Positions 10,171 through 18,366 of a DNA stretch of 64,000 nt are shown in pieces. The stretch is from positions 359,089-423,088 of the forward strand of contig DATKZF010000003.1 of assembly GCA_035528115.1 (NCBI GenBank). Reading direction: 5' to 3'. Each line of letters opens with the position of its first letter. Within the stretch, counting starts at the first letter, position 1. Source of the DNA: Candidatus Bipolaricaulota bacterium. GTDB taxonomy: Bacteria; Patescibacteriota; Patescibacteriia; UBA11705; DATKZF01. The notes beneath the pieces are model-generated. The model did no database searches, was not told the origin of the DNA, and saw only the letters and a list, made by a program, of their open reading frames with translations. The position numbers and the translations under genes were made by a program.

Positions 10171-10415
10171 TAAGATTTCTCCACTTCACTCGTCGTCGCT
10201 ATGCTCGACTCACTCCGGTCGAAATGACAAAGAGGGATGATATCTTTTTTTTGTCACCTCGAGCGAATCCGAGAGCTCTTTTCCTAATTGACCGTCGTTG
10301 TCATCTCGACCGAAGTCGTCCGAAGCTTTGGCGAAGGATGACGAAGCGGAGAGCTCTTTTCCTAATTAACCATCGTTGTCATCTCGACTGAAATGGAGAG
10401 ATCTTTTCCAAAACC
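10171..10415. mobile_element. MITE-like element E1 with terminal inverted repeats (AAGATTTCTCC ... GGAGAGATCTT) and an internal roughly 48-bp tandem duplication
   Basis: The ends are reverse-complementary. The unit GAGAGCTCTTTTCCTAATTGACCGTCGTTGTCATCTCGACCGAAG repeats about 2.5 times. Related copies are at 10721-10845, 12757-12888 and 13177-13245. Confidence 0.6.
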
Positions 10416-10422
10416 GGCCAGC

Positions 10423-10719
10423 TTAAATGCTTTGGGACAAATCATCCCAATCCGGATTCATTTCCTCAATCAGCCGGATTTTCTTTTCCCTTCTCCATTT
10501 CTTCAATTGCTTTTCCCGCTCAATCGCTTCATTAATATCATTGAAATTTTCAAAATACACCAGTCTGGTGCAATTGTATTTTTTTGTAAAACCTTCAATT
10601 ATTTTATCTTGGTGTTCAGCCACTCTTCTGACCAAATCGTTCGTTACTCCAACGTATAACGTTCTTTTATAGCTTGCCATTATATAAACATGGTAATTGT
10701 TTTCAAACATATGCATCAT
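10423..10719 (-). CDS. GIY-YIG nuclease superfamily protein (YhbQ/UPF0213-like small nuclease)
   Basis: YVYIMASYKRTLYVGVTNDLVRRVAEH matches the GIY...YIG motif. 98 aa. Bracketed on both sides by the MITE-like inverted-repeat elements. Confidence 0.7.
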   Translation of the reverse strand: MMHMFENNYHVYIMASYKRTLYVGVTNDLVRRVAEHQDKIIEGFTKKYNCTRLVYFENFNDINEAIEREKQLKKWRREKKIRLIEEMNPDWDDLSQSI

Positions 10720-10720
10720 T

Positions 10721-10845
10721 TGGAAAAGATTTCTCCACTCCGCTCGTCTTCGCTACGCTCGACTCACTCCGGTCGAAATGACAACGGATGATGTCTTTTC
10801 TTTTGTCATCTCGACCGAAGCGGAGAGATCTTTTCCTAGAAACCC
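10721..10845. mobile_element. MITE-like element E2 (TTGGAAAAGATTTCTCC ... GCGGAGAGATCTTTTCCTA)
   Basis: Terminal inverted repeats about 19 bp. Internal sequence GGTCGAAATGACAA...GTCATCTCGACCGAAG is shared with E1, E3 and E4. Confidence 0.6.
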
Positions 10846-10851
10846 GTATCC

Positions 10852-11280
10852 TCACAATTTCATCTCCGCAATCAACCGCATCAAACTCTCATCAGAAACT
10901 TTATAATCCCCTGTTAAAAATTCCTGCTTGGTCACCCAGCGAAATTCCCTGATATCATCAACCCCGGGATTTTTAGTAATATCAATATTAGTGGAGGTCG
11001 GAATGCAAAGAAAGGTTGAGCAGACCACTTGTCCGCCATCAATTTCCTTGAAAAACCACCAGATGCCGAGCGGCTCTTTGATTTCAACATCAAGAAATAC
11101 TTCCTCTTTAACCTCTCTTCTCAACGCGTCAAAAGGAGACTCCCCGAAATCCACTTTGCCGCCCGGCAAATCCCAAAAATATAAATCATCATTAATGTGC
11201 GCTTTGACTATTAAAAATTTATTGTCTTTTTTTATAAACGCTTTGACACCGGCGATTACCGGTAATGTCTGTTTAGCCAT
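10852..11280 (-). CDS. NUDIX hydrolase
   Basis: Nudix box GGKVDFGESPFDALRREVKEEVFLDV (GX5EX7REUXEEXGU). Confidence 0.75.
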   Translation of the reverse strand: MAKQTLPVIAGVKAFIKKDNKFLIVKAHINDDLYFWDLPGGKVDFGESPFDALRREVKEEVFLDVEIKEPLGIWWFFKEIDGGQVVCSTFLCIPTSTNIDITKNPGVDDIREFRWVTKQEFLTGDYKVSDESLMRLIAEMKL

Positions 11281-11295
11281 ATATTTAATTTTGTT

Positions 11296-12717
11296 TCATG
11301 ACTTCAACGAAACCATCTCCTTCACCGTCTCCTTTTTAATCACCCCAAACACCGCCAACAAAGAAAAATAAACGGCCATGCCGATTAAAATCAGCCAGAT
11401 GACGTTAAGGTCGCGCAAGAAATAAATGACCCCGGCCATAATGCCGGCCGCGACCAAGGATTTGCCGAAATTGACCAGGGACGGAAAAAATTTGACTGCC
11501 CGATAAACCACAATGCCGGTCAAAATCATGATCATGACTTCGGACGCCACGGTGAACGCCGCGGCCGCCCAGTATCCGTATTGCGGAATGAAAACGAAAT
11601 AGCCGATCAAGGCCACGATGGCCGTGGCCAAATAGCCCCAGATCATTTGCTTTTGCTTGTTGACGCCGACAACCGCGTAACCGAACAGCGTGCCGAAAAA
11701 AATGGCGCCGGCCGCGAAAATCAATATTTTTAAAATATCGCCCGAACCCGCGAAATCCGAACCGGCAATCAATGTCATGACTTTTTCTCCAATGACCAAA
11801 CCGCCCAAAACAACGGGCAAGGCCATCATGGCCATGGCGTCAAAAGATATTTGAAGCAAATGCTTGACCCCGTCCAGTTTTTTTTCAATCCAGTCTTTGG
11901 CCAGCAGCGGCAAAATAAGTCCCATGAATAAAGCGGGCAACATGGTTAAAATATCAATCACGCGGTACGCCGCGCCGTACAAGCCCACATCCGCGTTCGG
12001 CCAGTACAAAGACAGGATAACCGTGTCCGTTTTCAAATACAAAAGATTGCAGGAAATGGAAATCGCGATCGGCCAACTCTTCTTCAAAATCCCCAGCCAA
12101 ACATCTTTATCAAAAGTGAATTTTATTTTCACGTATTTTCTCGAAGCCAGATACGAAATCAAAAGGTGCGTGAAGCTGCCCAGCGAGATCATCCAAAAAA
12201 TCAAATAAATATTCGCCTGAAAATACATGGCTGTCGCAATGCCCGCCAACAAAACGATCCTGCCAATAACCTCGGCGATGCTGTAAATGAACATTTTCAA
12301 TTCTTTTTGAAAAACGCTGGCCAAAATATTATTTATCGAAATGAAAAAGAAGGAAAAAACCACAATGGCCACGCCCAGCTTGATTTCCATGGCATACGGG
12401 AAAAACAAAACGACGATCGGCGCCAGAGATAAAAAAATAAACGCGGAAATAACGCGCAAAGTCAGCATGTTGCTCAAGTACTTATCAATATTTATCCCCG
12501 GGTTGCCCACAGTTCTGGTCGCGGTGAGTGACAACCCGAAATCCACGATTATGCCGAAAAACGACAGGAACGCGACTACGGTGATATATTGACCGAAGCC
12601 CTCCGGTCCCAAATACCTGGTCATCAAAGCAACCACAAAAATACCCAGGATCGTGGTGGCGATCTTGCCGATGAATTGAACGATGGTGTTTCTGGCCAAC
12701 TGTTTTGTTAATGACAT
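11296..12717 (-). CDS. polysaccharide biosynthesis protein / Wzx-like flippase (MOP superfamily)
   Basis: 473 aa with about 12-14 TM helices. The overall pattern matches the Polysacc_synt/MATE-like family. Confidence 0.55.
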   Translation of the reverse strand: MSLTKQLARNTIVQFIGKIATTILGIFVVALMTRYLGPEGFGQYITVVAFLSFFGIIVDFGLSLTATRTVGNPGINIDKYLSNMLTLRVISAFIFLSLAPIVVLFFPYAMEIKLGVAIVVFSFFFISINNILASVFQKELKMFIYSIAEVIGRIVLLAGIATAMYFQANIYLIFWMISLGSFTHLLISYLASRKYVKIKFTFDKDVWLGILKKSWPIAISISCNLLYLKTDTVILSLYWPNADVGLYGAAYRVIDILTMLPALFMGLILPLLAKDWIEKKLDGVKHLLQISFDAMAMMALPVVLGGLVIGEKVMTLIAGSDFAGSGDILKILIFAAGAIFFGTLFGYAVVGVNKQKQMIWGYLATAIVALIGYFVFIPQYGYWAAAAFTVASEVMIMILTGIVVYRAVKFFPSLVNFGKSLVAAGIMAGVIYFLRDLNVIWLILIGMAVYFSLLAVFGVIKKETVKEMVSLKS

Positions 12718-12756
12718 ATAAATTTTGAAATAAGGAATCTATGAAAAGCAATAAGA

Positions 12757-12888
12757 AGCGTCTGCAAAAAAGACCGTCATCTCGACCCCTCGACTGTGCT
12801 CGGGCAGGCCGAAGCGGAGAGATCTTTTCCTAACTGCCCGTCGTTGTCATCTCGACCGAAGCGGAGAGATCTTTTCCTAACAAAATAT
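12757..12888. mobile_element. MITE-like element E3 (two tandem copies of GTCATCTCGACCGAAGCGGAGAGATCTTTTCCTAAC)
   Basis: Same family as 10171-10415. The first unit is interrupted by a 22-nt insertion. Confidence 0.6.
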
Positions 12889-13176
12889 TTAAATACTCTG
12901 TGATAAATCATCCCAACACCCATTCATTGATTCAATCAATTGAATCTTCTTTTCTCTTCTCCACTTTTTTAATTGCTTTTCCCTATCAATAGCTTCATTT
13001 ATATCATTGAAAAGTTCATAATACACAAGACTGGCGCAATTATACTTTTTCGTAAAACCTTCAAAAACTTTATCCTTGTGCTCACTGACTCTTCTCTTCA
13101 AATCATTTGTTACCCCAACATATAATGTTCTTTTAAAACTTGCCATTATATAAACATAATAATCATTTTCAAACAT
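12889..13176 (-). CDS. GIY-YIG nuclease superfamily protein (paralog of 10423..10719)
   Basis: YVYIMASFKRTLYVGVTNDLKRRVSEH. About 75% identical to the first copy. Bracketed by GCGGAGAAATCTTTTCCAA upstream and TTAGGAAAAGATCTCTCCGC downstream. Confidence 0.7.
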   Translation of the reverse strand: MFENDYYVYIMASFKRTLYVGVTNDLKRRVSEHKDKVFEGFTKKYNCASLVYYELFNDINEAIDREKQLKKWRREKKIQLIESMNGCWDDLSQSI

Positions 13177-13245
13177 ATTCTTATTTGGAAAAGATTTCTC
13201 CGCTCCTCCTCACAAGCTCGTCGTCGGTCGAAATGACATGAATAA
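13177..13245. mobile_element. MITE-like element E4 (truncated left half)
   Basis: TTGGAAAAGATTTCTCCGCTCC...GGTCGAAATGACA matches the left arm of E2 and then diverges. Confidence 0.5.
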
Positions 13246-13247
13246 AT

Positions 13248-13508
13248 TTATTTCAACGGGTCATTACCCCCTTTCGACCACGGATTGCACCTCATTATCC
13301 GCCAGACGCCTTTGGTGCCGCCGCGAATAAGACCGTATTTTTCAATGGCTTGATAAGTGTATTCGGAACACGTGGGATGGAACTTGCAAAAACCTTGAGG
13401 GAAAAGGTCTTTCAGCCAGCCGTGGTCGAATGAAAAAACGCGTTGATAAAATTTTATCAATTTCAAAACGAGAAATTTGGGAATATTAACAATGAATGAA
13501 AAAATCAT
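13248..13508 (-). CDS. yidD: membrane protein insertion efficiency factor YidD
   Basis: HPTCSEYTYQAIEKYGL...RCNPWSKGGNDP matches the YidD/DUF37 signature. Sits in the conserved rpmH-rnpA-yidD context. Confidence 0.8.
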   Translation of the reverse strand: MIFSFIVNIPKFLVLKLIKFYQRVFSFDHGWLKDLFPQGFCKFHPTCSEYTYQAIEKYGLIRGGTKGVWRIMRCNPWSKGGNDPLK

Positions 13509-13867
13509 TTGACGATCAATCTTAATTTTCTAAAAATCTGGTCAACATCTCTTTCGAGTCGAGCGAAATCCGCGTCCGCAATGCCTTTTTGAGCGATGAT
13601 CAAAACATCATATCCCCCGGAGATCCGAGGCAGCCGCGCTCTGACGATTTCCCGCAACCGCCTTTTGATCAAATTGCGTTTGGTGGCGCGCTTATCGACT
13701 TTGGTGGAAATCACAAAAGCGAATCGGCTTATTTCGCTCCGGTTTTTTAGACTTTTAATAATAAGGTCGGGCGTGGAATTGGAATATCCTCCCGATTTTC
13801 TAAATTTCGGCCCGAAAAACTTGTCGAAATCTTTTTTTTGGGTTATGCGATGAAGTCTTTTAAGCAT
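13505..13867 (-). CDS. rnpA: ribonuclease P protein component
   Basis: Basic 120-aa protein (KRNLIKRRLREIVR...) with a 4-nt overlap onto yidD. Conserved position downstream of rpmH. Confidence 0.8.
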   Translation of the reverse strand: MLKRLHRITQKKDFDKFFGPKFRKSGGYSNSTPDLIIKSLKNRSEISRFAFVISTKVDKRATKRNLIKRRLREIVRARLPRISGGYDVLIIAQKGIADADFARLERDVDQIFRKLRLIVK

Positions 13868-14037
13868 ATTGAATAGGGGGCTAAAGAAGTCTTAAGAGGG
13901 CGGGTCGAGGTGAAGGGACAAGCGCGGGAGAAGGCAGACAAATTTTATTCGGGGTAGGCGGAAATTCGGATCACAACGCTCTCCCCTTAATATTAGCTTA
14001 TATATTGGAAAAAGAAAAAGGCCACGCGACCGTGACC

Positions 14038-14175
14038 TTAAGCTGATAATTTTTTTCTGCCTCTCTGGCGTCGAGTTTTCAAGATCGCTTGTCCGCTTTT
14101 ATCGCTCATTCTTTTTCTAAAGCCATGCTTTTTGCTCCTTTTTCTGGCAGTCGGCTGATATGTTCTTTTGGGCAT
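14038..14175 (-). CDS. rpmH: 50S ribosomal protein L34
   Basis: Not in the ORF track (45 aa). Reverse-strand translation: [45 protein letters not shown]. Followed on the minus strand by the hairpin GGTCACGGTCGCGTGGCC plus a T-tract at about 14008-14036. Confidence 0.85.
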   Translation of the reverse strand: MPKRTYQPTARKRSKKHGFRKRMSDKSGQAILKTRRQRGRKKLSA

Positions 14176-14237
14176 ATTTAAAAGTTACTTTAATAATAAA
14201 ATTATTCTAACAAAGGAACGTCGTTTTGTCAACTGAC

Positions 14238-14326
14238 GCGGCCGCGGCCGGCGCGCAATCGCGCGCGTAGGAACAGGGCATTACCCTGTTCCTACATCGG
14301 CGACACATTCGTCGCCGCCGGCCGCT
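14238..14326. repeat. GC-rich multi-hairpin palindromic element, copy 3 (inside the rpmH-dnaA intergenic/origin region)
   Basis: Core palindrome GTAGGAACAGGGCATTACCCTGTTCCTAC at 14268-14296. Second hairpin GGCGACacattcGTCGCC shows compensatory changes relative to copies 1 and 2. Confidence 0.8.
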
Positions 14327-14329
14327 GAT

Positions 14330-14529
14330 TTGCATAATCCCAAAAATTCTATACAATGAATTTATATTATTCACACCTAATGCACAGCTTGCCAACTTTA
14401 TCCGCCTTGCGACAAATATTATCCACAGAAAAATTGTGTTATAATACGAACACAAAAAAATTCCCATATTTCCACTTGTTTTTACCTCTTTAAAATAAAA
14501 ATAAAGAAAAATTAATCCCCATTTTTCCT
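14330..14529. promoter_or_regulatory. oriC part 1 / dnaA promoter region with DnaA boxes
   Basis: Perfect DnaA box TTATCCACA at 14419-14427. One-mismatch box TTATTCACA at 14367-14375 and TTTATCCGC at 14397-14405. AT-rich. Confidence 0.55.
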
Positions 14530-15924
14530 ATGACTCAAGAAAATGAACAACTCTGGCAAACAGTGCTGGGGGAATTGGAGCTCAATTTGAGCAAGGCCAG
14601 CTTCACCACCTGGTTCAAGAACACCTTTATTCTCGACAACGAGGATGGCAGGATCATTATCGGCGTGCCCAACACTTTTTCTCAGGCATGGCTGAAACAG
14701 AAATATCATAATGATATTTTTAAGACATTGCAGAATCTGACAGGGAAAAGAATCAAAGACGTCAATTATAAAGTTCAGAATAAAAAAGACTTCAGACCCA
14801 CGGAAAAAATTCCGGTTCCCGTGGTCGAAGGGGTCGTTCGCGAAGAACTCATTTCCTCTCAGCCGACCACGCCTCTTCTCGAACAAAATAGCGGCGCGTA
14901 TCAAAACATTAACCGCAATTACGCTTTTGTCAGTTTTATAGTTGGTAAAAACAATGAATTGGCGCACGCCGCGGCCAAGGCCGTGGCCGAAAATCCGGGA
15001 TTCACTTATAATCCCCTTTTTATTTACGGCGGGGTCGGACTGGGAAAAACCCATCTGCTTCAATCCATTGGCAATGAAATCCTCATTAAAAACAGCCAAA
15101 AAAAGATTTTATACGTCACTTGCGAACAATTCACCAATGATTTTATCAATGGTATTTCTTCGGGCAATTCCGGTAAATTCCAATCTTATTATCGCGGTCC
15201 GGACGTGCTTTTAATAGACGACATTCAATTTTTAACCGGCAAAGAAGGCACGCAAGAAGCTTTCTTTCATACGTTCAATGATCTGCATCAACGAAACAAG
15301 CAAATAGTTATCACTTCGGATCGGCCGCCGAAAGCCATTGCCACTCTCGAGGACAGGCTTCTTTCAAGGTTTGAGTGGGGCATGATTGCCGATATTTCCC
15401 AGCCGGACATGGAAACGAGAATGGCTATTTTGGAGAAAAAATGCCTTGAAAAAAACTTTAATCTGAATAGGGACATTGTTCAATACATCACCCAAAACAT
15501 TCAAAACAACGTTCGGGAACTCGAAGGAGCTCTCAATAAGATTATCGCTTATCATCAATTGAATAAAATAGAACCGACGCTGGAAAACATTAAAAAAATA
15601 CTATTCTCTTTAAGCAATGCCGGCGGACAAAAAAACTCAGTCACTCCGCGGCACTTGATTGAAACCGTGGGTAAATTTTACGAAATAGGCCTTGAGGACA
15701 TTACAGGCAAGTGCAGACAAAAACGATTGGCCTTTCCCAGACAAATAATAATGTATTTGATGAGAGAAGAACTCAGGGAGTCTTATCCTTCAATCGGCCA
15801 AGAATTGGGAGGCAGGGATCATACCACGGCCATGCACGCGCACAGTAAAATTTTAAACTTGCTCGAAACGGATGAAAAGCTCAGACAAGAAATAAACCTG
15901 CTCAAACAACTGCTGTATCAATAA
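14530..15924 (+). CDS. dnaA: chromosomal replication initiator protein DnaA
   Basis: Walker A GGVGLGKTHLL, the LLIDDIQFL sensor, and the C-terminal DNA-binding helix DHTTAMHAHSKI. Confidence 0.95.
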   Translation: MTQENEQLWQTVLGELELNLSKASFTTWFKNTFILDNEDGRIIIGVPNTFSQAWLKQKYHNDIFKTLQNLTGKRIKDVNYKVQNKKDFRPTEKIPVPVVEGVVREELISSQPTTPLLEQNSGAYQNINRNYAFVSFIVGKNNELAHAAAKAVAENPGFTYNPLFIYGGVGLGKTHLLQSIGNEILIKNSQKKILYVTCEQFTNDFINGISSGNSGKFQSYYRGPDVLLIDDIQFLTGKEGTQEAFFHTFNDLHQRNKQIVITSDRPPKAIATLEDRLLSRFEWGMIADISQPDMETRMAILEKKCLEKNFNLNRDIVQYITQNIQNNVRELEGALNKIIAYHQLNKIEPTLENIKKILFSLSNAGGQKNSVTPRHLIETVGKFYEIGLEDITGKCRQKRLAFPRQIIMYLMREELRESYPSIGQELGGRDHTTAMHAHSKILNLLETDEKLRQEINLLKQLLYQ

Positions 15925-16188
15925 CGAAACACCCTGTTCATAAACTCGGGAAAAAAGAAAAAAAAACCTATTGATAAACGGTGGAAAAAAGACCTGGAGA
16001 AAAAAAACTTTAAAAGCCTGTTATTTATCAACAACGGACAGCACAAGAAACTCTCTTTTTTCCAGCCGTCTATTAACATCCCTCGTGTCAAAAAAGACCT
16101 ATAAAATAAGGCTGAAAAAACTTTTCCACCTAATCCACAGCATTATTATTAATAGTATTATAAATTTAAATTAATATTTATATATTAT
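15925..16188. promoter_or_regulatory. oriC part 2: dnaA-dnaN intergenic region with degenerate DnaA boxes and an AT-rich DNA-unwinding element
   Basis: TTATCAACA near 16023 and TAATCCACA near 16131 are each one mismatch from consensus. 16140-16188 is almost pure A/T (ATTATTATTAATAGTATTATAAATTTAAATTAATATTTATATATTATATG). Confidence 0.5.
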
Positions 16189-17319
16189 ATGAAATTCATT
16201 TGTACACAGGAGAATCTAAATAGGGGGTTGTTCATCACCGGACATTTATCAAACAAGAACGTTAATCTTCCGATATTAAACAACGTGTTATTGAAAGTAA
16301 CGGAGGGAGCACTGACTTTAGCTTCAACCAATTTGGAAATAGGCATTAGCGCGACGGTTCGAGGTAAATTGGAAAAGGAAGGAGAATTCACGGTAGAATC
16401 CAGATTGATTTCTGATTTTGTAAGTTTATTGCCCAACGAAAAAGTGGAATTGCTTTTGGACAAAGACGATTACTTGAAGGTCAGCACTTCTAATTCCAAA
16501 ACCCGCATAAAAGGATTGCCCGCTACTGACTTCCCCGTCATCCCTAAAATTGAAAAAGACGATCCGTATATCGTCAATATCAAAGACTTGCAAAAAGCCA
16601 TTTCGCAAGTGATCTTCGCGGTTTCCACCAATGAATCGCGGCCGGAAATCAGCGGCGTTTTTATGAGCCTTCATTCTGAAAACAATAAATTAACGTTGGC
16701 CGCTACGGACAGCTATCGTTTGGCTGAAAAGAAAGTGGATATTTCAGGAAATAAGAACAAGAAGGAATTGATCGTGCCCGTGAAAACGTTTCAAGAACTT
16801 TTGCGTATTTTGACCGCGCTGAAAGACGATCCAGACGGCGCGGAAAACATTGAAATCTTCATCACGGAAAATCAAATCTTGTTTTCTTTAAGCAGCGGCA
16901 TTGAAATTATTTCCAGAACAGTGGAAGGACAATATCCTGATTACAAACAAATTATCCCAAATGAAAATAAAACAAAGGTGACCGTGGAGACACCAAGGCT
17001 TTTGAAGACCATTAAAACCACCAGTTTGTTTTCCAAAACGGGCATTTTCGACATCAATCTTGAATTTCTGGATGACAAGAAAAGCTTGGTGGTTTCTTCT
17101 ACTAATAATCAGCTGGGCGAAAGCGTTTCCGAAATGGAAGTTGACTTTCACGGGGATAAAAATCAAACGGTGATAAATTACAGGTATCTTTTGGACGGGT
17201 TGAATAACCTCGACAGCGACAATGTGTCCTTGGAAATCATTGACGGCAATGTGCCGCTCATTATCAGGCCGGCGGAAGATACCGGGTATTTGTATATTAT
17301 AATGCCGATAAAGCAGTAG
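16189..17319 (+). CDS. dnaN: DNA polymerase III beta sliding clamp
   Basis: 376 aa. Conserved position after dnaA. Three-domain clamp-like sequence. Confidence 0.9.
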   Translation: MKFICTQENLNRGLFITGHLSNKNVNLPILNNVLLKVTEGALTLASTNLEIGISATVRGKLEKEGEFTVESRLISDFVSLLPNEKVELLLDKDDYLKVSTSNSKTRIKGLPATDFPVIPKIEKDDPYIVNIKDLQKAISQVIFAVSTNESRPEISGVFMSLHSENNKLTLAATDSYRLAEKKVDISGNKNKKELIVPVKTFQELLRILTALKDDPDGAENIEIFITENQILFSLSSGIEIISRTVEGQYPDYKQIIPNENKTKVTVETPRLLKTIKTTSLFSKTGIFDINLEFLDDKKSLVVSSTNNQLGESVSEMEVDFHGDKNQTVINYRYLLDGLNNLDSDNVSLEIIDGNVPLIIRPAEDTGYLYIIMPIKQ

Positions 17320-17370
17320 ACATGGAACACGTATCATGTATCACATAGCACATAACACAAACCCACCCGC

Positions 17371-17404
17371 CCAGCGGAAAGATTGTCTTTCCGCTGTTTT
17401 GTTT
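17371..17404 (+). terminator. rho-independent terminator after dnaN
   Basis: CAGCGGAAAGAttgtCTTTCCGCTG followed by TTTTGTTT. Confidence 0.65.
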
Positions 17405-17512
17405 AACAAAAAAAACGCTTTGCAAAGAAAGTGTTTTTATGGCTGTGCCATCCGATTCGTCTATTGGAGGAACACCACGAGCGAGCCCGAGCAGCGCCGA
17501 GGGCGAGTCGAG

Positions 17513-17599
17513 TGGTGCCGGCGGACGGAGTCGAACCGTCACGGATTTTCATCCACAGGATTTTAAGTCCTGCGTGTATACCAATTTCACCACGCCGGC
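17513..17599 (-). tRNA. tRNA-Leu (anticodon TAA), class II long variable arm, CCA encoded
   Basis: Reverse complement GCCGGCGTGGTGAAATTGGTATACACGCAGGACTTAAAATCCTGTGGATGAAAATCCGTGACGGTTCGACTCCGTCCGCCGGCACCA. Anticodon loop is CTTAAAA. Confidence 0.85.
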
Positions 17600-17700
17600 C
17601 TACGCTCTCACTACGTTCGAGCTTCGGCCGGTCTTCGACTCCGAGGTTCGACGATCTCGTCGCTCAGACTCGAGGAGCAGGCCGGCCAAGGCTTTTAATT
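17600..17700. repeat. tRNA-adjacent GC-rich repeat T1 (GGTCTTCGACTCC ... CGACGATCTCGTCG ... CAGACTCGAGGAGCAGGCC)
   Basis: Related copies lie at 18021-18140, 59441-59576 and, inverted, at 50953-51017. Each abuts the 5' end of a tRNA except the 50953 copy. Confidence 0.7.
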
Positions 17701-17945
17701 TATTCGAGCTTCGGCCATCTATGCCGGCCAAAGCAAAGTTTTCGCTTCGTTCAATCTACGGCCGGCGGGCCGGCTATAGAAAGATTAAAGAGCAAAGTGC
17801 AAAAATAAAAAAATAGAATTAAGATCAAAGTTTTGGTGTGATTTGTTTCTATTTAAAACTCCAGCCTCCGACCCCCGCAAAGTCTGACAGGCGAAATGGC
17901 CTGCCAGCCGTAGCTCCGACGAGCGGAGCGAGGAGGAGCGAAGGC

Positions 17946-18020
17946 TGGAGCGGGTAACGGGAATCGAACCCGTATCTCTGCCTTGGCAAGGCAATATAAT
18001 AACCATTATACGATACCCGC
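17946..18020 (-). tRNA. tRNA-Gly (anticodon GCC), CCA encoded
   Basis: Reverse complement GCGGGTATCGTATAATGGTTATTATATTGCCTTGCCAAGGCAGAGATACGGGTTCGATTCCCGTTACCCGCTCCA. Confidence 0.85.
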
Positions 18021-18140
18021 CTACGCTTTCGCTTCGCTCAAGCTTCGGCGGGTCTTCGACTCCGCCCTCGGCCGTGAGCTCGGGCCGAACGGAGGTCTGA
18101 CGATCTCGTCGTTCAGACTCGAGGAGCAGGCCCGCCTGTT
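18021..18140. repeat. tRNA-adjacent GC-rich repeat T2
   Basis: Shares GGTCTTCGACTCCG...CAGACTCGAGGAGCAGGCC with T1 and carries an extra internal GGCCGTGAGCTCGGGCC hairpin. Confidence 0.7.
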
Positions 18141-18366
18141 GATAGGCTGTGTAAATATTCAATTTACATAAAAAATTATATCAAGGTAGCCATGAAAAGT
18201 CAATAAATTTAATTGATCGCGGTTTTTTTAAAGTTCCACTGAGATTTTCTTTTTTTATCTAAAATTAGAGAATATTGCAAAATTTTGAATTGACATAAAT
18301 TTATAAAAGTGTTAACCTTTTTAGAATGTTTGCCATAGTGGCGGACATGGAAGTACGGAGAGATGA

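Noticed and set aside
10262-12888. Possible CRISPR array formed by GTCATCTCGACCGAAGCGGAGAGATCTTTTCCTAAC tandem units
   Set aside because: There are only 2-3 units, with 11-22-nt irregular spacers. The units are part of inverted-repeat elements flanking the GIY-YIG genes.
14207-14467. 86-aa minus-strand ORF between rpmH and dnaA
   Set aside because: It is read through the GC-rich palindromic repeat and the DnaA-box region. Cys/Arg-rich low-complexity translation. Implausible inside the origin.
17431-17816. Two overlapping 125-aa plus-strand ORFs
   Set aside because: They run across tRNA-Leu (minus strand) and the GC-rich T1 repeat. Arg/Ser/Pro-rich products typical of GC-rich non-coding sequence.
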